Positions 46,008 to 55,251 of a DNA stretch of 64,000 nucleotides are shown here, in pieces (the first letter of the stretch is position 1; each line of letters begins with the position of its first letter). The DNA is taken from contig JAZSDC010000018.1 of NCBI GenBank assembly GCA_045530935.1, positions 1,724 through 65,723 on the forward strand, written 5' to 3'. The position numbers and the translations under genes are program-made. Source of the DNA: Candidatus Enterousia sp. Lineage in GTDB: Bacteria > Pseudomonadota > Alphaproteobacteria > Rs-D84. The notes under the pieces are model-generated. The model searched no databases, was not told the DNA's origin, and saw only the letters and a program-made list of their open reading frames with translations.

Positions 46008-46967
46008 ATGTGTGAAACGCGTGAATTTACTGTGAATGAAACGGACGATATTGTGCGTCTGGACAAATATTTATCAGCCCAGATGCCTGAATTTTCGCGC
46101 AGCGAGATTCAGCGTTTTCACGTAACGCGTGCCGATGGTACGTCTCCAAAGTTTTCTGAAAAGATACGTCCTGGGGATTGTTTTTTTGTTCAGATTCCCA
46201 TTCTTGCAACAGATGTTGCGACAGAAAACATTTCTTCTGATTTTGATTTAGACATTTTATTCGAAGACGATGATATAATCGTAATTGATAAACCGCGCGG
46301 TGTTGTGATGTATCCGTCTGCAGGGAACAAGACCGGCACATTGGTTCAAAATATATTATCGCACACGCATTTGTCTGCGCTGGGGGGTGATACGCGTCCT
46401 GGGGTTGTTCATCGTTTGGACAAGGATACCAGTGGTGTCATGGTATTTGCGAAATCCGACGCTGCATTTCGTGGATTGGTAAAAATCTTTTCGGAACATA
46501 ATTTAACGCGAAAATACACTGCTTTTGTTTGGGGGATTCCAACCTGGGAAGAGGCTGAGATTACCGGAAACATCGCACGTTCGTCCAGAAATCGTCAAAA
46601 GATGACAATGGTAAAGTCTGGTGGAAAGCCGTCGCATACCGATGTTGCGGTTATTGATGCCTGGCCACGTGCTGGTGTATCCCAGATGAAGTGTACACTG
46701 TTTACGGGTCGCACACATCAGATACGCGTTCATTTATCGTCGCATGGTTTTCCGGTGTTGTGTGATCCGCTTTATGGTCGTGGTGCTGTGAAACTAGGGT
46801 CTGTCAAGAACGCAGATTTGCTGGAATTTTTAAAAACGCACAATGGTCAGATGTTACATGCGTCTGTCCTAGAATTTGTTCATCCTGTTACTGGTCGTGA
46901 AATGCGTTTCAAATCGCGTTTGCCAGATGATATGTCAGAATTAAAATATTTGCTGTCAGAAATCTAA
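46008..46967 (+). CDS. rluD: 23S rRNA pseudouridine synthase, RluA family (RluD/RluC-like) with S4 domain
   Basis: S4-like RLDKYLS...SRSEIQRF and catalytic HRLDKDTSGVMVFAKS. I prefer the ATG at 46008 (the track start is 45945). Confidence 0.85.
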   Translation: MCETREFTVNETDDIVRLDKYLSAQMPEFSRSEIQRFHVTRADGTSPKFSEKIRPGDCFFVQIPILATDVATENISSDFDLDILFEDDDIIVIDKPRGVVMYPSAGNKTGTLVQNILSHTHLSALGGDTRPGVVHRLDKDTSGVMVFAKSDAAFRGLVKIFSEHNLTRKYTAFVWGIPTWEEAEITGNIARSSRNRQKMTMVKSGGKPSHTDVAVIDAWPRAGVSQMKCTLFTGRTHQIRVHLSSHGFPVLCDPLYGRGAVKLGSVKNADLLEFLKTHNGQMLHASVLEFVHPVTGREMRFKSRLPDDMSELKYLLSEI

Positions 46968-47041
46968 AAAAACGCGTGATTTTTCCCTTTTCAAAGTCTT
47001 TGTTTTATGCTAGAATAAAATAATAAAAATGGAGTTAGGGG

Positions 47042-50000
47042 ATGTCTTTTCTCAAAAACACGATTAGTTTAATGGCGTTATTTAGTGTGATTCCTGCGGC
47101 TTTTGCAGTTACCGCGCGTCCTGGCGTGATGCCCAACAGCAAGACGATTGGATACAACACCGTAACAGGTACTGCGCGACGCATCCCAACGGTGAGTCAG
47201 TTTGTCACATCCGCGACAACGAATGTTACGACCAACACGGGTTCGTCGTTGTTGACTGATAAAGACTGTATTGACTCTTATACTTCATGTATTAAATCTG
47301 CGGATGCCTGTGGTGCTGCGTTCGAAGAATGTACAACTGATATTTTATTTCATGCCAAAATGCCATCTTGCATAAGTGTTTTGGGTCAATGTTCTGCTGC
47401 TGGTATCAACAGCTTATTTGGAACGTCAAATACATCTGCGTTAAAGAGTGGTACAACAAATTCATATGGTGAAATCACAGATTATACATATCCAACTGCG
47501 GCCAGTGTTCTGGGTCAGATGATATCTGCTGCGGCAATTGAAAATATGTACGACACATCCAGCTGTATTCGTCGCTATACAACATGTTTAAAGAAAGAAA
47601 ACGTTTGTGGCCAGGATTTTGAACTGTGTACATCGAATCCAGAATTTAAAAAGCAGGCTGTTTTGTGTGATTCAACATTGGCGCGTTGTGCGTCCGATGG
47701 CAAGGAAGAATTATTTGGTAATGGTGGCGCGACGTCTTCTACGTTGCCTGCCACGGACAGTCGTATTGGCGAAATGATTAGTGAAGGTGCTGCGTTGGCG
47801 GCGGTAAACGCGGTTTCTACATGCTACAAGATTACAGATCAATGTATCATGAATGCATGTACTGCAAATCCATATAAGTGCCATGAAAGCTCGTCCGAGG
47901 CACTGACCGCATTAATTGATGCGATAAACAATGGTACATCTATCACAGATGCGGTTGACGAATATGGTGATGATATTGTTAACGGTGCAGATGTTCATTC
48001 ACATATCAAAAATTCATGCGAGGCCACAATTGGTTCGAATAAATACTGTTATGCGACATTTATTGGTGATGGGGAATTACCAACCAATGCCCAGTTGCGC
48101 GATGAAGATAACCAGGCTGAAATTTTTGAAGAAGCCTTTGCGACGCGTATGAATTCAGGTATGCGCGCCAAGATATCTGACCTGGTAAAAGATTTTGACA
48201 CTCGCGCCAAAGAAAAATGCGTTGAAACAATCAAGACATGTGCAATGCGCACCTGTGGTGGTGGTTCTGGGGCGGCGTGCTATGCGTTGGTATATGGTAA
48301 CGGCACCAGTGGCAGTATCAATGGCGACGCAACATACGATGCAATTCAGAATGGGTGTTCTGCGATTGTAAATACAGACATGTATTGTAAATATGCGGCA
48401 CAAAACCAAGAAAATTATGGGTTATACGAATATTCATTTGTAAAATCCGACGCCTTTACAACATTGTTTCCGAAAAAAACGGATAACAGTGGTGACCCAA
48501 TTGGGGTTGTTGCAACACTGAATGCATCTTTATCAACCAGCTATAATGACGCGGCAATTGCCCAGATGAAAAAACGTTGTCAAAATCTGGCGACCAGCTG
48601 TGTAAAAAATGTATGTGGCACAGATTATCAAAATTGTTATCGCAACCGTTTGGATATATATTCTACCTTAACAAACAGTGGTAATGCAGAATTTGATAAT
48701 TCGATGAACCATGTTGGTGGTGTCTTAGATTATACAATTATTTTAGGTATGTGTGCAAATACGGTTAAAAATGCTGATGCATGCGCAGAACATATCAAGA
48801 TAACCCAGGCGAAACAACTTGCGGCTGAAAATCAAACACATAATGTATGGGGTGCGGACGCTGCGCGTAACGAATGGTTGGATGCAGGCAGTATTAATAT
48901 TACCGTTACTGGCAAACACAAAGTAACCGATAAAAACGGTAATGAATTGTGTTATGACGATTGTAACAGTCGTGGTCTCTGTGATACTGCAACCAATTTG
49001 GCAGATTGTGGTATGCACGATGAACCAATCACAATTGATTACGATACATACGCGATTGAGCAGGCAACAGACAGTCTGTTCAAAGAATTGATTTATGATT
49101 TGGAAATCGAAGCCCAAGCAACATATAACGCAAAATTAACCAAACAACAGAACGAATGTTTGGCAATGAATAAAGGTGGTGTTTTGGGTGCCCAAGATAC
49201 AGGCAGTGCATATATGTGGGCAAAATTAAAAAGCGGCAAGGTTCCAGAAGATTACACTATTACGGGATTGGATGGCGCACAACTGGTCCCCAGCAAAGAA
49301 CTGTACGGTTCATTTTGTCGTGTTCGCGTAACATTGCAATCGGATGACAAAGCTATACAAGACTACCTAAAGGACAAAGAATGGAATAAAAGATACTTTG
49401 CGATTGGCGATCCGATTATATGCGGTTCATGGATTCCAACAGAAGATTTGGAAGAATTGGCAGCCAAGGCTGGTAATAAAGCAAAGGAAACCCGTAAAGA
49501 GCGTTTTGGTGATATGAAGGTATGGGGCACAGTTCTTGGAGCGCTGGGATTTGGCGGTGCCGGTGCGGTTATTGGTGACCAGATAGAGAAAGGAAACCTT
49601 TTGAACAGTATGACAGGGCTTAAAAGCTATGATGAAAATGCCAAGAAACTGTGCAAGCAAAATGCAGAGCAGGCAATTGCAAATCTTAACACCAGTTCCG
49701 AGACGGCCGCAAGGTATGCAAGCGCAGCGAAGGAAAATGCTAAAAACGCAGGTGTTGATAGTGCTACAATAGCTGCAGTCAATATTAAAACAGAGTGTGA
49801 TAATGATGACGCCAAGGACGTTGACGCGCCAACTGATGCAGTGTATTTAGCGGGCAAGGTAGCTGAAGTATGGAATGCCTGTCGTGGACTGCAAACGTCT
49901 AACCTTGGTAGTAGTACAGACTGGCGCGATGATTCTGAATGCGGAAAAGAAGTGGCAGAAGCTGTAAGAAACAAAAATGGTTCTTGTGCAGACATGAAGA

Positions 50001-50422
50001 ATGCGCTTAATGGAATAAAAGGCAAATATCACCTATCATCGATAGATGTTGGAGCATGTGATGCCACATCAGCAAAAAGCGATTTACCAACTTTGATCAA
50101 AATTGAAGGGGCTTCTGGATGTGCCAAATCAAAAATTGACGCAGACCAAAAAGACGAATTAGAGGCGTTAAAGGCAGCATGTGATGGTGCCACGGGAAAG
50201 AAGAAATTTACCGGTGCAGCCATTGGTGGCACTGTGGGTGTTCTTGGTGGTGGTGGCTTGACATATCTTGCGATTGACAGCTATCAAAAACAACAGTTGA
50301 CCGCAGCTTATAGGGAGGCATATGATGAATTTATGCAAAGCGCAGGTTCGAAAATCCAATGCTTTGTTGGTTCAGATTCATATGGAACCTATGGCCAGGT
50401 AATCCCGACCAGCATGGAATAA
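47042..50422 (+). CDS. giant cysteine-repeat secreted/surface protein (1126 aa) with C-terminal glycine-zipper hydrophobic segments
   Basis: Signal peptide ..IPAAFA|VTA. Tandem ~95-aa repeat with 6 conserved Cys (residues ~76-170 and ~175-258). The recurring C-x5-6-C-x4-5-CG-x3-5-C module appears at least 5 times. GTVLGALGFGGAGAVIG and AAIGGTVGVLGGGGLTYLAI near the C-terminus. Confidence 0.7.
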   Translation: MSFLKNTISLMALFSVIPAAFAVTARPGVMPNSKTIGYNTVTGTARRIPTVSQFVTSATTNVTTNTGSSLLTDKDCIDSYTSCIKSADACGAAFEECTTDILFHAKMPSCISVLGQCSAAGINSLFGTSNTSALKSGTTNSYGEITDYTYPTAASVLGQMISAAAIENMYDTSSCIRRYTTCLKKENVCGQDFELCTSNPEFKKQAVLCDSTLARCASDGKEELFGNGGATSSTLPATDSRIGEMISEGAALAAVNAVSTCYKITDQCIMNACTANPYKCHESSSEALTALIDAINNGTSITDAVDEYGDDIVNGADVHSHIKNSCEATIGSNKYCYATFIGDGELPTNAQLRDEDNQAEIFEEAFATRMNSGMRAKISDLVKDFDTRAKEKCVETIKTCAMRTCGGGSGAACYALVYGNGTSGSINGDATYDAIQNGCSAIVNTDMYCKYAAQNQENYGLYEYSFVKSDAFTTLFPKKTDNSGDPIGVVATLNASLSTSYNDAAIAQMKKRCQNLATSCVKNVCGTDYQNCYRNRLDIYSTLTNSGNAEFDNSMNHVGGVLDYTIILGMCANTVKNADACAEHIKITQAKQLAAENQTHNVWGADAARNEWLDAGSINITVTGKHKVTDKNGNELCYDDCNSRGLCDTATNLADCGMHDEPITIDYDTYAIEQATDSLFKELIYDLEIEAQATYNAKLTKQQNECLAMNKGGVLGAQDTGSAYMWAKLKSGKVPEDYTITGLDGAQLVPSKELYGSFCRVRVTLQSDDKAIQDYLKDKEWNKRYFAIGDPIICGSWIPTEDLEELAAKAGNKAKETRKERFGDMKVWGTVLGALGFGGAGAVIGDQIEKGNLLNSMTGLKSYDENAKKLCKQNAEQAIANLNTSSETAARYASAAKENAKNAGVDSATIAAVNIKTECDNDDAKDVDAPTDAVYLAGKVAEVWNACRGLQTSNLGSSTDWRDDSECGKEVAEAVRNKNGSCADMKNALNGIKGKYHLSSIDVGACDATSAKSDLPTLIKIEGASGCAKSKIDADQKDELEALKAACDGATGKKKFTGAAIGGTVGVLGGGGLTYLAIDSYQKQQLTAAYREAYDEFMQSAGSKIQCFVGSDSYGTYGQVIPTSME

Positions 50423-50456
50423 AAAATCCCCGGTTAATCCCGGGGAATTTTTTTTA
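50421..50456 (+). terminator. rho-independent terminator
   Basis: TCCCCGG-TTAATC-CCGGGGA followed by a T-run. Confidence 0.7.
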
Positions 50457-50535
50457 TTTTTAGTTGTAAAATAATTTTTCCACTTGCACTGTATTCTTAA
50501 ATTATTCTATGATTATATCAGGAAGGAAAGGAATC

Positions 50536-51807
50536 ATGCGTTTTTCTACAATCAGTTTATTATCGGTGTTCGTCGTATTTCCTGCAATTGCATCTGGTCA
50601 ATTGCCGGTGGTAAATATCGCGTCTGGCGGGGTTTCCGCACGCGCAGCATTTGGCGAACCGTTGCCAACAAAAAACGCGTCTGTGGTCAAAAAAACAACC
50701 CCAACGCGCACAACGCGTGTCGTAACGCGCCCCATTCATACAGAATCTGATGTTGGACAAACAATTGTTGCATCGAATGATGTTTTAAGTCCACGCCGCC
50801 CCAGTAATGATTTATGGGCAAAATCTGACTATGCATTGCGCATGCCAACGCCAAATGAATTTTCTGTGATGCGTTCCGATGCCATATTACCAGAAGAAAG
50901 TCTGGATACATTTGCGCCAACCGTCGCCCAGGTTGCACCTGTGGCACCTGTTACGCCAAATGTTGTGGGGGCAGAACGTGGGGCGCTGGATATGCAAATC
51001 GCGCGCCTGAACCAATTACAAAAACGTGCCGATGACAGTGTGCGTCAAACATCAAAACGTGTTATTGCGGCGCCTGTTACAACGCCTGATGTGGCGCCAT
51101 ATGAATCTGAACCTGTGCGTGTTGCGTCCGCCACACCCACGCAGCAGGATAATGTGTCGTTGCATCGAATGGTTGTGCCAATGGATACGCCTGATGTCGT
51201 AACCCGGGCCGTAAAGAAATCTGAATCTCCACGCATTGCCGCAGTACGTGATGATATGACTGGATTGTCCCCAACCGAATTACGCAAGGCATTCAGGAAA
51301 ACTTTCCTGTCCGAGAACAAGCATCTGTCAACATTTGCAATTGATTCACGTTTTGACACAATCAGCGATATGTCCGCATCTATCGAAGGTTTTACTGCAC
51401 AAAAAGACCTGTCAGAAAGCGGTGGAATTCGTCCGCTGGAAATCAAGATTAAATTCCGTAATGACGATTCTGCCTTGTCGCGTGCAAACTATACATTGTT
51501 AAGTGAATATGCTGCGATTGTTGTTGCAAAACCAACGCGTGCGATTCAGGTTGCAATTCCGCAATATATGACTGATTCAATCGATGGGCGAAAACTGGCG
51601 GCGCGCCGTTTGGCAATAATCGAACAGGTGCTGACCGATAATGGCGTTTCATTGCAACGAATTGTGCCCGTGCTGTCAAATCGTGATGAACCCAGTCTGG
51701 TATTGCGCATAATATCCAGTGATGAATACGAAATATTGACCCAGCGTTCTAATAACATGTTTGGTGATACTGTTTCCAAGAAAACTTATAAAAGTATGTC
51801 GTGGTAA
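50536..51807 (+). CDS. secreted protein (423 aa) with possible degenerate OmpA/MotB-like C-terminal domain
   Basis: GGAAAGGA RBS and signal peptide MRFSTISLLSVFVVFPAIASG. Pro/Thr/Val-rich middle. C-terminal ..SRANYTLLSEYAAIV....IQVA......D...GRKLAARRLAIIEQVL..GV...RI resembles OmpA_C loosely. Confidence 0.5.
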   Translation: MRFSTISLLSVFVVFPAIASGQLPVVNIASGGVSARAAFGEPLPTKNASVVKKTTPTRTTRVVTRPIHTESDVGQTIVASNDVLSPRRPSNDLWAKSDYALRMPTPNEFSVMRSDAILPEESLDTFAPTVAQVAPVAPVTPNVVGAERGALDMQIARLNQLQKRADDSVRQTSKRVIAAPVTTPDVAPYESEPVRVASATPTQQDNVSLHRMVVPMDTPDVVTRAVKKSESPRIAAVRDDMTGLSPTELRKAFRKTFLSENKHLSTFAIDSRFDTISDMSASIEGFTAQKDLSESGGIRPLEIKIKFRNDDSALSRANYTLLSEYAAIVVAKPTRAIQVAIPQYMTDSIDGRKLAARRLAIIEQVLTDNGVSLQRIVPVLSNRDEPSLVLRIISSDEYEILTQRSNNMFGDTVSKKTYKSMSW

Positions 51808-52523
51808 CACATTTATACAAATTTATTAATTTTCTGTTTCCGCCGGCATGTCCTTTGTGTGATATGCCGGTATCAATACATGGTGAACTGTGTGCAGCGT
51901 GTTGGGGTGCGATAAATTGGATTGATAATCCAAAATGTGCAAAATGCGGGTATCCTTTTCCTGCGGATATTGATTTAGGGGTGGCGCCATTGTGCCCAGT
52001 ATGTGCGTCTGGTAAATGTGAACTGGATTGGATTCGTTGTGCATGTGTTTATGATGACGCGTCGCGTGCCGCGATGTTACCGTTCAAGCACGGTGGGCGA
52101 ATAAAATACGCGTTATTTATGGCGCGCGCAATGATTTGGGCGTTGCGTGATATCTGTGTTGATGCAGATATAATTATGCCGGTGCCGTTGGCACGTCGTC
52201 GCTTGTTTCATCGTGGGTATAACCAGGCAACATTATTGTCGCGTCCAATTGCACGTGCATTGGGGATAAAGATTGATTTAGATTCTGTAACACGTGAATT
52301 CAGACCAGATATGGGACACAAAAATTCCAAAGAACGTATGGAAAATATACGTGGCGTGTTTTCTGTATCCAGGCCAGAAAATATTATTGGGCGTCGTATT
52401 TTATTGGTTGATGATGTTATGACAACAGGCGCAACATTTTCAGAGTTATATCGTGTATTAATGGAAGCGGGGGCACAGGCTGTTTATGGCGTAACGTTTT
52501 GTCGTGTCGTTCGCGCAATCTAG
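51801..52523 (+). CDS. comF: ComF-family phosphoribosyltransferase-like protein
   Basis: N-terminal double CxxC zinc fingers (CPLCD..CAAC, CAKCG..CPVC) and PRTase motif ILLVDDVMTTGATF. GTG start overlaps the upstream stop. Confidence 0.8.
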   Translation: MVTHLYKFINFLFPPACPLCDMPVSIHGELCAACWGAINWIDNPKCAKCGYPFPADIDLGVAPLCPVCASGKCELDWIRCACVYDDASRAAMLPFKHGGRIKYALFMARAMIWALRDICVDADIIMPVPLARRRLFHRGYNQATLLSRPIARALGIKIDLDSVTREFRPDMGHKNSKERMENIRGVFSVSRPENIIGRRILLVDDVMTTGATFSELYRVLMEAGAQAVYGVTFCRVVRAI

Positions 52524-52526
52524 AAA

Positions 52527-52555
52527 AAACGTATCCAAATGGATACGTTTTTTTT
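52527..52555. terminator. bidirectional terminator
   Basis: ACGTATCC-AAAT-GGATACGT flanked by A and T runs. Confidence 0.7.
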
Positions 52556-53771
52556 ATTCGTGCCGCAGGCTGTCGATTGGGTTTAATTTCGCCGCCTTCA
52601 TTGCTGGCATCACGCCCGAAGATAAACCAACAATAACAGCAACAGATACGGACAATACCACCGGCCATATACTGAATGGTACATTGTACCCCAGTACAAA
52701 TCGTCCGACACCCTGGGACAGACCAACACCTACAATTAATCCAATCATTGAACCGATAAATGATATCAAAACAGATTCTGACAAGAATTGAATAATTATC
52801 ATGCGTTCGCGTGCGCCAATCGCCTTGCGTATGCCGATTTCACGTGTTCGTTCTGCAACAGACACCAACATCATGTTCATAATACCGATTGCCCCAACCA
52901 ACAATGAAACCGCCGCGATTGCGATTAATAACAATTTCATATATCCCGTTACGGTGGTCATTGTTTCCATAATTTGTTTCATGTCCATAATTTGAAAATC
53001 ATCATCTGCATCTTCTTTCAGTCTGTGCCGCTGGCGTAACAATGCACTGATTTGTTCGATTGCCAGATTGTTGTCAGAATCTGCAAACAGTTTTAATGCG
53101 ACCATATTCACAGAATTTGGAAATCTGGACCCCTGCAGACGTTTTTTTAATGTTGTTATTGGGATAATAATCATATCGTCTTGACTGCCCATTGCGGAAT
53201 CGCCCTTGGCCTTGGTAACGCCGATAATAACAAAAGGCGTATTTTGGACGCGTATAATTTCACCTACGGGATTCTTGGGCATCCCCAGTTCTTCGGCTGT
53301 TTCTGGACCAATAACGGCGTACGTTGATGCGTTACGTACTGCAGATTGGTCAAAGAATGTTCCGTATTCAATTTCTACATTTTGAACGGTTGTATAATCA
53401 GGATACACCCCCACCATTGACGTTGCCCAGTTTTTATTTCCATAAATTGCCTGGGCCATACCATTTTGTATTGGTGTTGCCGCCATTACATCGGGCAGTT
53501 TTGCAATAAATTCCGCGTCCTGGATTGTCAAGGTTTGTCGATTCCCAGAACGTACCCCCGCACTTTGTGCTGCGCCTGCGCGAATCATAATTGTGTTTGT
53601 ACCCAACGAAGAAAATTGGTCTGTGATTTGCTTTTGTACAGTTTCGCCAACCGCCACCATAATTACCACTGCCATAACACCGATAATAATCCCCAGTACC
53701 GTCAGAAAAGAACGGATTTTATTGCCGCTGATTGACAACCAAGATTCTTTTAAAATATCACCAATAGTCAT
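52554..53771 (-). CDS. ABC transporter permease, MacB/FtsX family
   Basis: 405 aa with the MacB periplasmic domain between TM1 and TM2, and a C-terminal FtsX segment (..ERTREIGIRKAIGA..). Confidence 0.85.
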   Translation of the reverse strand: MTIGDILKESWLSISGNKIRSFLTVLGIIIGVMAVVIMVAVGETVQKQITDQFSSLGTNTIMIRAGAAQSAGVRSGNRQTLTIQDAEFIAKLPDVMAATPIQNGMAQAIYGNKNWATSMVGVYPDYTTVQNVEIEYGTFFDQSAVRNASTYAVIGPETAEELGMPKNPVGEIIRVQNTPFVIIGVTKAKGDSAMGSQDDMIIIPITTLKKRLQGSRFPNSVNMVALKLFADSDNNLAIEQISALLRQRHRLKEDADDDFQIMDMKQIMETMTTVTGYMKLLLIAIAAVSLLVGAIGIMNMMLVSVAERTREIGIRKAIGARERMIIIQFLSESVLISFIGSMIGLIVGVGLSQGVGRFVLGYNVPFSIWPVVLSVSVAVIVGLSSGVMPAMKAAKLNPIDSLRHE

Positions 53772-53786
53772 AGTTGAATTCCTGTG

Positions 53787-54515
53787 TTAAAGATTTCTGT
53801 CATCGCGTGGTACGGAACCGTCATAGTTTATTTTACCATCGCGAATGTGTATCAGTCTTTGCGCATATCTTGCAATATCAAATTCGTGTGTAATCATAAC
53901 AATTGTTATTCCCATTTCGTCATTAAGTTGTTTGAAAAATTGCAAGATTTCATTTCCCATTTTACTGTCCAATGCACCAGTTGGTTCGTCTGCTAAAATC
54001 AGCTTTGGATTACCGGCCAATGCGCGTGCAATTGCAACACGTTGTTTCATCCCGCCTGACAGTTGTGTTGGTAAATAAGATTCAAATTTTTCCAACCCAA
54101 CGCGTCGCAACATTTCGCGGGCGCGACTGATGCGTTCGTCCATTGGCAGTCCACGATACATCAATGGTAACATGACGTTATCCAATACGCTGCGCTTAGA
54201 CAACAAATTAAATTGTTGAAAAACAAAACCGATATATTCGTTTCTTACAATTGCCAGTTCATCAGATGTTAAGCCTGTTACATCGCGTCCATATAATTCA
54301 TATATCCCAGACGTTGGCGTGTCCAGTGCGCCTATGATATTCATGCATGTTGACTTTCCAGACCCAGACGGTCCCATAATTGCCACAAATTCACCCGCTT
54401 GTACATCAAAATTTATGTCAAACAGAACCTGTTGTACCCCGCCCAGTTCCAACGGAAAACTTTTATTAATGTTTTTCAGCGATATAATACTTTCCGCTTT
54501 TTGCTTTTTTTTCAT
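53787..54515 (-). CDS. ABC transporter ATP-binding protein (MacB/LolD-type)
   Basis: GPSGSGKST, LSGGMKQRVAIARAL, ILADEPTGALD. Confidence 0.9.
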   Translation of the reverse strand: MKKKQKAESIISLKNINKSFPLELGGVQQVLFDINFDVQAGEFVAIMGPSGSGKSTCMNIIGALDTPTSGIYELYGRDVTGLTSDELAIVRNEYIGFVFQQFNLLSKRSVLDNVMLPLMYRGLPMDERISRAREMLRRVGLEKFESYLPTQLSGGMKQRVAIARALAGNPKLILADEPTGALDSKMGNEILQFFKQLNDEMGITIVMITHEFDIARYAQRLIHIRDGKINYDGSVPRDDRNL

Positions 54516-54559
54516 GCTCTCTCTCGCTTTACGTAATATTCACAACATATTATATCATA

Positions 54560-54588
54560 AAAAAAAGCCCCTGTGGGGCATTTTTTTT
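54560..54588 (-). terminator. terminator downstream of the Yip1-like gene
   Basis: The minus strand shows TGCCCC-ACA-GGGGC followed by T8. Confidence 0.6.
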
Positions 54589-55183
54589 ATAACAAACAGG
54601 CTAATGTTGCGCTGGTATTCTTTAACATGAACCAACCAATTCGATAATCTGTCATATAAACTGTTGCAATGAAAATTGCCAACATACCGATTACCAAGAT
54701 AACATTTCCGCGTTTACCACGCATGCAATACAATGATATGTTATAGAACAAGAATAATATATATATATCAACCAACAGACTGATTACCCACATAGATGTA
54801 CAATTAAATGCTAATGCGTTTAAAACCAGTATCACAGGGTATATAAAGAATATTGATGCTAAACCCTTGATTGCAATTTCCCAATCGCGTTCACCGCCTG
54901 TGATTTCAGAAACCAGCATCATTAGTCCACCCATGACGAATAACAGTGTAACCGCCAGAACCGGGACAATTACAACTGCTGTAAATATGGCGCCCAGTGT
55001 GATTGTTGCGCCCCCCAGCAATCTGATTAACAAAACCAAACATCCGCCCAGCAATCCGTACAAGAAAGCCTTTAACATAGATTCTTCCATATTTCCATCC
55101 GCGACAATTTTTGTGAAAAAGCGCTTTGGATTTACGATAACATTACGAACGTGTTTAAATGCGTTTTTTATTTTTTTCTTCAT
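54587..55183 (-). CDS. Yip1-family integral membrane protein
   Basis: 198 aa with a soluble N-terminus (..NPKRFF..) and 5 predicted TM helices. Confidence 0.55.
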   Translation of the reverse strand: MKKKIKNAFKHVRNVIVNPKRFFTKIVADGNMEESMLKAFLYGLLGGCLVLLIRLLGGATITLGAIFTAVVIVPVLAVTLLFVMGGLMMLVSEITGGERDWEIAIKGLASIFFIYPVILVLNALAFNCTSMWVISLLVDIYILFLFYNISLYCMRGKRGNVILVIGMLAIFIATVYMTDYRIGWFMLKNTSATLACLL

Positions 55184-55251
55184 AATTGTGCCCTCGATTT
55201 GATTATTTATATTTTTGCTTTATAATTATAAAAAATCAATGGAAAAAAGTT

